Source: Accumulibacter sp.
Lineage (GTDB): Bacteria; Pseudomonadota; Gammaproteobacteria; Burkholderiales; Rhodocyclaceae
Direction of reading: 5' to 3'
Length of the DNA: 64,000 nucleotides
Assembly (NCBI RefSeq): GCF_023806565.1
Contig: NZ_JAMTDV010000114.1
Location: 6,057 to 70,056, forward strand
This document shows positions 18,785 through 27,324 of this stretch, piece by piece. The position numbers and the translations under genes are program-made. The notes below the pieces were generated by a model, which searched no databases, was not told the origin of the DNA, and worked only from the letters and a program-made list of their open reading frames with translations. Numbering within the stretch: the stretch's first letter is position 1; each line of letters starts with the position of its first letter.

Positions 18785-21346
18785 ATGCCGCAATCGCTGC
18801 TCGCGAACTATCCGAGGAAGACCGACCGTTTCGACGAAATGCTCGCCGAAGATGGGAGCGTTCGTCCGTCCTGGAAACCGTTTTTCGCTCACCTCGATGT
18901 GGTGACCCCCGAGCAGATGCGGCACCGGCTCGACTTCGTTCGCCGCAGCATCCTCGAGAACGGCGTCACCTACAACGTCTACGCCGACCCGAAGGGCGCC
19001 GACCGACCGTGGGAACTCGACCCCTTGCCGCTGATCCTCTCTTCTGCCGAATGGCAGGAGCTGGCTGGCGCGGTGATGCAGCGCGCGCGCCTGCTCAACG
19101 CGGTGCTCCAGGATCTCTACGGCCCACAGGATCTGCTCCGCGACGGCAGTCTGCCGCCCGCCCTGGTTTTCGGCCACAACAATTTTCTCTGGCCGTGCCA
19201 GGGGGTCCGTCCCCCCGGTGATACCTACCTGCACCTCTACGCCGCCGACCTCGCGCGTTCGCCCGACGGTCGCTGGTGGGTGATCGCCGACCGCACGCAA
19301 GGGCCGTCCGGTGCGGGTTACGCGCTGGAAAACCGGACCATCGTCGCGCGCGTTTTTCCAGAGCAATTTCGCGACCTGCACGTGCAGCATCTGGCGTTCT
19401 TCTTTCGGGAGCTGCAGGACAGTCTGGCCTGCTGGGCGCCGCGCGGTGAAGATCCACCGCTGACCGTACTGCTCACTCCAGGTCCCTACAACGAGACCTA
19501 CTTCGAGCATGCTTACCTCGCGCGCTACCTCGGTTTCCCGCTGGTCGAGGGGCAGGATCTGACGGTGCGCAGCGATTGTGTCTACCTGCGGACACTGAGC
19601 GGCTTGCGCCGCGTGCATGCGATTCTGCGCCGGCTCGACGACGACTACTGTGACCCGCTCGAACTGCGCGGCGATTCTGCGCTCGGCGTTCCCGGTCTCC
19701 TGCAGGCGGTTCGTGCGGGCAATGTCCTGGTTGCCAACGCGCTCGGCAGCGGCCTGATCGAATCGGCGGCGCTGCCGGGCTTCCTCCCCGGTATCTGCAA
19801 GAGAATGCTCGGCGAGCCGCTGGCGATGCCATCGGTTGCTACCTGGTGGTGCGGCGAGCAGGCCGCGCTTGAGTTTACCATCGAGCATCTCGACCAACTG
19901 GTGATCAAGGGTTCGTACCCCTCGCAGCGTTTCGATCCGATCTTTGGCAACGAGCTCGCCGGTGGTAGACGCCAGGAAATGATCGATCGCCTGCGCGCCC
20001 GCCCGCAAGCCTATGTCGCCCAGGAACTGGTCAACTTTTCGGAAGCCCCGACCTGGAGCACGAAGCATGGGCGGCAACTCGTGCCACGCGGCGTCGGCCT
20101 GCGTGTTTTCGTTGCCGCCACTCCGACAGGTCACGTGGTGATGCCGGGCGGCTTGACGCGCGTCTCGGCAGCTTCGAATGCGCGAGTGATCTCGATGCAG
20201 CGTGGTGGCTCGAGCAAGGACACCTGGGTGCTCACTACCGACGCGGCGGTCAATACCTTCAGCCTGCTCAAACCGTCGGTCGGGAAGGCCGATCTCGTCC
20301 GCGGCGGTCGCAATCTGTCGTCGCGCGTGGTGGAAAACCTGTACTGGTTCGGCCGGTACGCAGAACGCTGCGACAAGACGTCCCGCCTGCTGCGCGTCGC
20401 CCTTTCGCGTCTCGTCGACGCCGGTGCCGACACGCTGCCGGCGCTGATTTCGGCTATCGATCTATGCCGTGTCCTGCAGCTCCTGGTTACCGCCGAGGGC
20501 GAAACCAACGGCTCCCCCAAGGGCAAGGGGGGCGCCTCCGGGTTGCCGCGTGAGACGCTGATTCTCTCCGCCATTTGCGGTGCGGACGCAAACGACGGCT
20601 TGGCCGGCGACCTTCGCCGCCTGTTGTGGGTGGCCACCCAGGTACGCGAGCGATTCTCGCTCGACAACTGGCACGCGATCAATCGCCTGCAGCACCAGTT
20701 GCAGCAGTACTGCGCGGCGGTGCGCGAAAACGCGAATCCGGAGTTGGGGGAGGCGCTCGCCTTTCTCGATCAGGTACTCCTTGCATCATCGTCGCTGGCG
20801 GGTTTCGCCATGGATAACATGACCCGCGACGACGGCTGGCGTTTTCTGATCATCGGCCGACGGATCGAGCGACTGGTGTTCCTCGCCAACGCCGTCTCGG
20901 GTTTTCTGCGCCTCGAATCGACGCGCGCTCCGGGCAGTCTCGAATGGCTGCTCGAACTCACCGACAGCATCATCACCTATCGCTCGCGCTACATGATCCA
21001 GCCGCAGGTGTTGCCGACGCTCGACCTGATCGTTTTCGACGAGGGCAACCCGCATTCGGTTGCGTTCCAACTGCAAATCCTCGTTCGTTACCTCGACAAC
21101 CTTACGCGCCTGCTCGGTGGACCACGCGACGACGCGTTGCCGCAGGCACTCTCGCGTCTGCAAGGCTTCGACCTCGCCCGCTTCGAGGGACAGAGCTTCC
21201 GCGAATGCCGAATCTGCGATCCGTGCATCGCACTCGCCAGCCTGCTCGGCGAGATTTCCATCGCTGCGGCGACGCTCTCGGATCGCCTGGCGATGCGCTA
21301 TTTCAGTCATGTCGGCGACGTCAGCCGACAAACCTTTACTTCCTGA
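18785..21346 (+). CDS. Fusion protein: circularly permuted type-2 ATP-grasp plus alpha-E domain
   Basis: 853 aa. The N-terminal half parallels the 472-aa ATP-grasp protein at 10485..11903 (for example AEWQELAGAVMQRARLLNAVLQDLYG against [26 protein letters not shown]). The C-terminal half contains SSRVVENLYWFGRYAERCDKTSRLLRV, the alpha-E signature. Confidence 0.9.
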   Translation: MPQSLLANYPRKTDRFDEMLAEDGSVRPSWKPFFAHLDVVTPEQMRHRLDFVRRSILENGVTYNVYADPKGADRPWELDPLPLILSSAEWQELAGAVMQRARLLNAVLQDLYGPQDLLRDGSLPPALVFGHNNFLWPCQGVRPPGDTYLHLYAADLARSPDGRWWVIADRTQGPSGAGYALENRTIVARVFPEQFRDLHVQHLAFFFRELQDSLACWAPRGEDPPLTVLLTPGPYNETYFEHAYLARYLGFPLVEGQDLTVRSDCVYLRTLSGLRRVHAILRRLDDDYCDPLELRGDSALGVPGLLQAVRAGNVLVANALGSGLIESAALPGFLPGICKRMLGEPLAMPSVATWWCGEQAALEFTIEHLDQLVIKGSYPSQRFDPIFGNELAGGRRQEMIDRLRARPQAYVAQELVNFSEAPTWSTKHGRQLVPRGVGLRVFVAATPTGHVVMPGGLTRVSAASNARVISMQRGGSSKDTWVLTTDAAVNTFSLLKPSVGKADLVRGGRNLSSRVVENLYWFGRYAERCDKTSRLLRVALSRLVDAGADTLPALISAIDLCRVLQLLVTAEGETNGSPKGKGGASGLPRETLILSAICGADANDGLAGDLRRLLWVATQVRERFSLDNWHAINRLQHQLQQYCAAVRENANPELGEALAFLDQVLLASSSLAGFAMDNMTRDDGWRFLIIGRRIERLVFLANAVSGFLRLESTRAPGSLEWLLELTDSIITYRSRYMIQPQVLPTLDLIVFDEGNPHSVAFQLQILVRYLDNLTRLLGGPRDDALPQALSRLQGFDLARFEGQSFRECRICDPCIALASLLGEISIAAATLSDRLAMRYFSHVGDVSRQTFTS

Positions 21347-21351
21347 TCGCC

Positions 21352-22269
21352 GTGAGTCCGTCCATCGCCCGCTATCACATCGTTCACGAGACGACGTACA
21401 GCTACGAAAGTCCGGTGTCGCTATCGCGGCAATTGCTGCACCTGACGCCGCGTACTTGCGCGTGGCAGCGTTGCCTCGGGCACCGGATCACGGTTGCGCC
21501 AGAGGCGAGCGCGGGACGCGAGCGTCTCGACAGTTTCGGCAATCCGGTGACCGAACTGGCGATCGAGTTTCCACATGAGAGTCTCAGCGTTCGCGCCGAA
21601 GGCACCATCGAGGTGCTGCCACACTTGCCTTCCGAGCATCTGGACAGTGCCTCGCCGGCGTGGGAAATCGTACGCGACGCGCTGACCTACGGAGCTCGTC
21701 CGGTGCTGCTAGACGCCAGTTGTTTTCAGTTCGAATCACCCTATGTGCGCGTCAAGCACGAATTTGCCGCTTATGCGAAGGCCTGCTTTCCCAGCGGCCG
21801 GCCGCTGCTGGACGCAGTGCATGCACTGATGAGCCGCATTCACAGCGAGTTCGAATTCGACCCCGAGGCAACCACGGTCGCCACTCCGGTGCTCACGGTG
21901 CTTGCCGAAAGACGTGGCGTCTGTCAGGACTTCGCGCACCTGATGCTTTCCTGCCTGCGGTCGCAAGGACTCGCCGCGCGCTACGTCAGTGGCTATCTGC
22001 TCACCCACCCGCCACCCGGGCGACCGCGAATGGTCGGCGCCGATGCTTCGCACGCCTGGGTATCGGTGTATTGCCCGGAGCGCGAAGGCGGTCGCTGGGT
22101 GGACTTCGACCCGACCAACAACCTGCTGCCCGATACGCAGCACATCACTCTGGCCTGGGGACGCGATTTCGCCGACGTTTCGCCACTGCGCGGGGTCATT
22201 CTCGGTGGCGACGCGCATGAACTCGCGGTGGCGGTGACGGTCACCCCGGTCACAACCGCCGGCACCTAG
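21352..22269 (+). CDS. Transglutaminase-family protein (small form, about 305 aa)
   Basis: ORF 20944..22269. I moved the start to GTG 21352, 5 nt after the upstream stop (VSPSIARYHIVHETTYSYESPV, a typical N-terminal domain). Catalytic motifs: GVCQDFAHLM, SHAWVSVY, DFDPTNN. Confidence 0.88.
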   Translation: MSPSIARYHIVHETTYSYESPVSLSRQLLHLTPRTCAWQRCLGHRITVAPEASAGRERLDSFGNPVTELAIEFPHESLSVRAEGTIEVLPHLPSEHLDSASPAWEIVRDALTYGARPVLLDASCFQFESPYVRVKHEFAAYAKACFPSGRPLLDAVHALMSRIHSEFEFDPEATTVATPVLTVLAERRGVCQDFAHLMLSCLRSQGLAARYVSGYLLTHPPPGRPRMVGADASHAWVSVYCPEREGGRWVDFDPTNNLLPDTQHITLAWGRDFADVSPLRGVILGGDAHELAVAVTVTPVTTAGT

Positions 22270-22284
22270 GTACGACGTGCCCGC

Positions 22285-23916
22285 TCAGGGCGATGGCGGC
22301 GGCGGCACGTCCGGTTCCGCTGGCGCCGCGTACCATTGTTCGCGCGGCACGACGACGTTGTTGCTGGGCTGTACGACGAAGTGCGGCGACATGATCTGCA
22401 CGCCGTAAGTATTGAACTGATCCTGGATGTTGGCGTGCAGCGCGGAGAGCACCGGTACGCGCTCCAGGGGCTGGTCCATGTACGCGAACAGCTCGTACTC
22501 GACGTACCAGTCGCCCAGGCTGCGCTGGAAAACGAAGGGCTTGGGAGTAACCCGCAAGCCGGGAGTCTGCTCGGCGGCGGCGATCAGCATGGCGTGCACC
22601 TGGCGCCACGGCGTATCGTAGCCGATCGTCACCTTGGTGGACACCAGCGTGCCGCGGGCACCTGCGAGTCGCGAGTAGTTCTTGATCGGGTTGCCGACCA
22701 GAACCGCGTTCGGGATCGTCACCTCTTCATTGCGCATGTTGATGACCTTGGTCGATAGCGCGCCAACTTCGCTGACCACACCGACGTTCTGGCCGATATC
22801 GACAAAGTCGCCTACCGACAGGGCGCGTGAATAGACCAATACCAGGCCGCTCATCAACTGATTGACGATTCCTGCCGAACCGAGCGTCAGCATGAAGCCG
22901 AACATCACCGACAGACCCTTGAATGCGTCGCTGTCGGACATCGGAATGAACGGATAGGCGATGGCGAATCCCAGGCCCCAGACGAGTATGGAGACAATTC
23001 GGTGGGTCGCGGTAACCGTCTCCGGATGCAGGCCGGGCACCTGCACGCGGCCTTCCTTCGCGGCGCGGAAGAAATTGCCGAGTGCATCATTGAAGGCCTT
23101 GGTCAGAAAGAGGATGATCAAGGCGGTGCTCAGTGCCGGCATGGCCTCGATCAGACCCGTCCCGATCATGTAGAGCACGCCGAACAGAAAATCGGTGAGG
23201 CGTTCGCCAAGCGCCTCGGTGAGCGGAAAGCGTGCCAGAACGTAGGTCAGCCAGAGGTACGCGACGGTCAACCAGAGGAAACCCATCACCAGTTGCGCAA
23301 TCCGCTGTACCAGCAGCCACCAGTGACGCGCCCAGCCGAGCCTGCCCACGTTGCGTTCGGCGGCGATGACCTCTTCCAGGTGGTGGACCATCAGCGCGGT
23401 GGCGCGCCGAATGAGCCAGAACAGGGTCAGCGCGATCATGGTCGCGAGTACCGACAGCCCGATTCCCGTCACCAGGACGATCGGGCGCCGCTGCTCCGCA
23501 GCCGCGTGCAGGGCGGCGGAGAGCACGCTCGCCGCACGCTGGGCGACTTCTTCGAGCGAAGCTTTCTCCTCGGGATCGAGGTCGCCTTCGACGACGTTGA
23601 ACAGCACGAACTCGCCGATGTGCAAACCGATGCCACGCGTCGTACCGACGATGAACGGCGTTTGCTCGATCGCCTGCGTCATCCGGTCAGACGGCAGGCT
23701 GTCGATGCGTTCCCAGGCTCGCCGCACGCGATGCTCCGGCGATGCGCCGATGAAGCTTGCCCGGAAAGTGAAGATCGGCCGAAAGTGGTAGCGCAGAGTC
23801 GCTTCCGGTGGTTTCGCGGCATCGGCCGCAAGCGCCGGAAGCATGCCGAGAAACAGGCAACTTGCCAGCCACAGCAGTGCCTTGGACGATCGAGAGGACA
23901 GAGCGGTCAGGATCAT
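22285..23916 (-). CDS. MscS-family mechanosensitive channel with a signal peptide and an N-terminal periplasmic extension
   Basis: ORF 22285..24339. I moved the start to ATG 23916 (MILTALSSRSSKALLWLASCLFLGMLPALAADA). It has multiple TM helices and an MscS beta-domain motif (VGDFVDIGQNVGVVSEVGALSTKV...TIPN). Confidence 0.85.
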   Translation of the reverse strand: MILTALSSRSSKALLWLASCLFLGMLPALAADAAKPPEATLRYHFRPIFTFRASFIGASPEHRVRRAWERIDSLPSDRMTQAIEQTPFIVGTTRGIGLHIGEFVLFNVVEGDLDPEEKASLEEVAQRAASVLSAALHAAAEQRRPIVLVTGIGLSVLATMIALTLFWLIRRATALMVHHLEEVIAAERNVGRLGWARHWWLLVQRIAQLVMGFLWLTVAYLWLTYVLARFPLTEALGERLTDFLFGVLYMIGTGLIEAMPALSTALIILFLTKAFNDALGNFFRAAKEGRVQVPGLHPETVTATHRIVSILVWGLGFAIAYPFIPMSDSDAFKGLSVMFGFMLTLGSAGIVNQLMSGLVLVYSRALSVGDFVDIGQNVGVVSEVGALSTKVINMRNEEVTIPNAVLVGNPIKNYSRLAGARGTLVSTKVTIGYDTPWRQVHAMLIAAAEQTPGLRVTPKPFVFQRSLGDWYVEYELFAYMDQPLERVPVLSALHANIQDQFNTYGVQIMSPHFVVQPSNNVVVPREQWYAAPAEPDVPPPPSP

Positions 23917-24004
23917 GACGGAATTCGGTAGGCGGTGACGGAGCGACGAATTATAGCCGTCGACACGTCCGGTGGGCGCCACGCATGGCGACCGCAGCCG
24001 TCGC

Positions 24005-24796
24005 CTACTTGGTTTGCTTTTCGTACTGCCCGACGACGTTCTCCATGGTTTCGAGAATGCGTTCGCTGGTCGTCGCAACGACAGTTGCCTGGCGCTTGTC
24101 GGTACTGCCAAGCTGGCCCAGCGCGTTCTCGAAGAACAGCCATTGCTGCCGGACGAGTTCGAGATCTTCGCGCAGCGCCGGGGTATTGTTCGGTGCGGCA
24201 GCGAGTTCCTGCAGCCCGGCGGCAAATTCCCGGCGCGCCCTGTCGATTTCCGCTGCGGCCTGTTCGACCCCGATCTTCCACGCCGCTGCCTGGTAAAATT
24301 TCGCCATGCGTTGCGAGAGCATGCGCTGGCGACCGGCAAGGTTTACCAGCCGGGCACTGCTCGTCGTCGACCGATTTTCGAGTTGTTGCGTTCCCTTTTG
24401 CGCGAGTGCCAGCACCTCGTCGGAGAGGGCGAGGATTCTGGCGCCGTCTGCCAGGTTGGGCGCGCTGGCAGTGAGTGCCTGGCGATAGGTCTGCCAAGTA
24501 CGTTCGAGTTTCTGGTAGGTTTCCCTGATTTCCTGTGACGGTGCGAAAGCCTTCAGTTCCGCGAGTTGTCGATCGAACAGGGCAACAGAACCATCGAGCA
24601 CCTTGCGCGAGCGATCGACGTCTACGCCGAGACCGAGCTGGAAATAGGCCTTGGCCATGCGCTGCGAGAGCATTCGCTGCCGGCCGGCCTTGTTGATTGC
24701 CGAATTCAGGTCGCTCACCTCTGCCCGGGCGACGACGGCCAATGACAGAAGCAGCAGCAGGAGGATAGTGTGACGGATCGAAACCGGGCTCAGCAT
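24005..24796 (-). CDS. Secreted PilJ/NarX-type N-terminal sensor-domain protein (stand-alone, internally duplicated)
   Basis: Signal peptide MLSPVSIRHTILLLLLLSLAVVARA. There are two P-box-like repeats, AGRQRMLSQRMAKAY and AGRQRMLSQRMAKFY. I see no transmitter or MCP domain. Confidence 0.7.
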   Translation of the reverse strand: MLSPVSIRHTILLLLLLSLAVVARAEVSDLNSAINKAGRQRMLSQRMAKAYFQLGLGVDVDRSRKVLDGSVALFDRQLAELKAFAPSQEIRETYQKLERTWQTYRQALTASAPNLADGARILALSDEVLALAQKGTQQLENRSTTSSARLVNLAGRQRMLSQRMAKFYQAAAWKIGVEQAAAEIDRARREFAAGLQELAAAPNNTPALREDLELVRQQWLFFENALGQLGSTDKRQATVVATTSERILETMENVVGQYEKQTK

Positions 24797-24943
24797 GGCA
24801 AGTCTCCACTCCGGCAGGCCGGTCGGGTGCCGACTGCCGATGATGAATCAAGGGGGTAAGTCTAGTCGAGCGGCGGGCGTAGTGGATGATCTGCGTCAAG
24901 CCGGTTGCAGGTGACGGGGCAGGATACGATTCGCCAAGCTGAC

Positions 24944-26392
24944 TTAGCCCGTCCCGCCCACTGTCAGTCCGTCGATGCGCAGGGTCGGCTGGCCGACGCC
25001 CACCGGCACGCTTTGTCCTTCCTTGCCACAGGTGCCGACGCCCGGGTCGAGGCGCAGGTCGTTGCCAATCAGCGAAACCTGCTGCATCGCCTCGGGTCCG
25101 CTGCCGATCAGCGTCGCCCCCTTGACCGGCGAGGTCACCTTGCCGTCCTCGATCAAGTACGCCTCGGACATCGAAAAGACGAACTTGCCATTGGTGATGT
25201 CGACCTGTCCGCCACCGAAATTGACCGCGTAAATTCCCTTCTTGACCGACTGGATGATTTCCTCGGCGGTCCGCTCACCGTTCAGCATCGTGGTGTTGGT
25301 CATGCGTGGCAACGGCAGATGGGCAAAAGACTCGCGCCGGCCATTGCCGGTCGGCGCGACGCCCATCAGGCGAGCGTTGAGACCATCCTGCATGTAGCCC
25401 TTGAGGATCCCGTCTTCGATCAGCACGGTGCGTTGCGTCGGGTTCCCCTCATCGTCGATGTTCAACGATCCGCGTCGCTCGGCGATCGTGCCGTCGTCGA
25501 TGACTGTCACTCCGCGGGCGGCCACGCGGCTGCCGATGCGGCCGGCAAAGGTCGAGCTTCCCTTGCGATTGAAGTCTCCCTCCAATCCGTGGCCGACTGC
25601 CTCGTGCAGCAGGATGCCCGGCCAGCCTGGACCGAGGACGACGGTCATCGTGCCGGCCGGCGCCGGTCGGGCGACGAGATTGGTGAGCGCCTGATGAACC
25701 GCTTCGCTGGCGTACGCCTGCAGCACAGCGTCGCTGAAAGCGGCATAGTCGGTACGGCCGCCGCCGCCAGCCGAGCCCTGTTCGCGCTGCCCGCCCTCCT
25801 CGACGATCACCGTCAATGAGACGCGCACCAGTGGTCGGATGTCGGCCGCCAAGCGGCCGTCGCTGCCGGCGACCAGGATCACTTCGTATTCGCCGGCGAG
25901 GTGTGCCATGACCTGCGTCACGCGCGGATCCTCGGCGCGGGCCAGGGCTTCGAGCCGTTCGAGCATTGCAACCTTGCTGGCCGCGTCGAGCGAGGCGATC
26001 GGATCCTGCGGCAGGTAGAGGTGACGCCCGCTCCTCCTTCGCAGCGCCGGTACCCGTCGTTCCTGCCCGGCAGCGGCGATTGCCCGTACGGCCGTGGCGG
26101 CAACGTCCAGCGCCTGCGCACCAATGTCATCGGAATAAGCGAAGGCGGTCTTTTCGCCCGCCAGCGCACGCACGCCGACGCCTTCGTCGATGCTGAAACT
26201 CCCCGCCTTGACAATGCCCTCTTCGAGGCTCCATGCCTCCGAGCGGCTGTATTGAAAATAGACGTCGGCGTAATCGACCTGGTGCGTCATGATCTTGCCG
26301 ATTACACGTGTGAGATCGCCGACGTCGAGTCCGTAGGGCGTGAGCAGGGTCTTGCGAGCCTGCGTGAGAAGTGTTTGCGCTTTTGCGGTCAT
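24944..26392 (-). CDS. tldD: Metalloprotease TldD
   Basis: ORF 24944..26902. I moved the start to ATG 26392 ([17 protein letters not shown]...), giving 482 aa. Zn-site motif [11 protein letters not shown]; C-terminal [18 protein letters not shown]. Confidence 0.92.
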   Translation of the reverse strand: MTAKAQTLLTQARKTLLTPYGLDVGDLTRVIGKIMTHQVDYADVYFQYSRSEAWSLEEGIVKAGSFSIDEGVGVRALAGEKTAFAYSDDIGAQALDVAATAVRAIAAAGQERRVPALRRRSGRHLYLPQDPIASLDAASKVAMLERLEALARAEDPRVTQVMAHLAGEYEVILVAGSDGRLAADIRPLVRVSLTVIVEEGGQREQGSAGGGGRTDYAAFSDAVLQAYASEAVHQALTNLVARPAPAGTMTVVLGPGWPGILLHEAVGHGLEGDFNRKGSSTFAGRIGSRVAARGVTVIDDGTIAERRGSLNIDDEGNPTQRTVLIEDGILKGYMQDGLNARLMGVAPTGNGRRESFAHLPLPRMTNTTMLNGERTAEEIIQSVKKGIYAVNFGGGQVDITNGKFVFSMSEAYLIEDGKVTSPVKGATLIGSGPEAMQQVSLIGNDLRLDPGVGTCGKEGQSVPVGVGQPTLRIDGLTVGGTG

Positions 26393-26478
26393 TGCATGTC
26401 CATGATTACTGCCGTTGTGGCGTGTCTCGGCGACCGGGGAATCCGGTTCCGGGCGCGGTGGTAAGGGTGAGCGGCAAC

Positions 26479-27324
26479 TCACATGACGCGGTGGCTTAGC
26501 GCCGGCAGCCTGGCGCGGACTTCGGCGAGGCATGCCCGTTCGAGATTGCCGATGACGATGCCGGGTCCTTTCTGCTTGCGATCGAGGATGTTTCCCCAGG
26601 GATCGATCAACATGCTGTTGCCGTGCGTTTCGCGTCCGTTCTCGTGGCGGCCTCCTTGCGCCGCAGCCAGAACATAGCACTGATTCTCGATCGCCCGCGC
26701 GCGCAGCAGGATTTCCCAGTGCGCCCGGCCGGTGGTTTCGGTGAAAGCGGCCGGAATGACCAACAGGTCTGCGCCGCCGAGCGCACGATACAGTTCCGGG
26801 AACCTCAGGTCGTAGCAGATCGACAGCCCGATCCTGCCGAAAGGCATGGCGAAGGAGACGGGTCGACGACCTGCTTCGATCGTGGCGCTCTCGTCGTAGC
26901 ACTCGACTCCCTGCCTGAAACCGAAGAGGTGAATCTTGTCATAGCGTGCGACCCGTTGGCCGTTCGGGCCGTAGACCAGGCTCGTATTCAGCACCTTTCC
27001 CGCCTGCTCTGTCCACAACGGCAGCGAGCCGCCGATCAACCAGATGCCGTGCGCTTTCGCGCTTGCCGCGAGGAAGTCCTGCAGTGGGCCATGTCCATCG
27101 GCCTCGCGCAGCTGGACCTTGTCGCGCTCGCTCATACCCATGATCGCGAAATACTCGGGCAGCGCGAGCAGTTCGGCGCCCTGTGCGACGGCTTCGTCAA
27201 TCAGGGCACTGGCGGCGTGCAGGTTGTCCTCGACGCGCGGGGTGGAAACCATCTGCAAGGCGGCGACACGCAGCGTTGCGGCCGGTGGCGCGGCACCTGG
27301 CGGTTCATTGACGGGCGGCTTCAT
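26479..27324 (-). CDS. Carbon-nitrogen hydrolase family protein (nitrilase superfamily)
   Basis: I moved the start to ATG 27324, preceded by GGAGGA. Motifs: [13 protein letters not shown] (Glu), YDKIHLF (Lys), [11 protein letters not shown] (Cys). It overlaps the yhdP-like stop by 20 nt. Confidence 0.85.
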   Translation of the reverse strand: MKPPVNEPPGAAPPAATLRVAALQMVSTPRVEDNLHAASALIDEAVAQGAELLALPEYFAIMGMSERDKVQLREADGHGPLQDFLAASAKAHGIWLIGGSLPLWTEQAGKVLNTSLVYGPNGQRVARYDKIHLFGFRQGVECYDESATIEAGRRPVSFAMPFGRIGLSICYDLRFPELYRALGGADLLVIPAAFTETTGRAHWEILLRARAIENQCYVLAAAQGGRHENGRETHGNSMLIDPWGNILDRKQKGPGIVIGNLERACLAEVRARLPALSHRVM

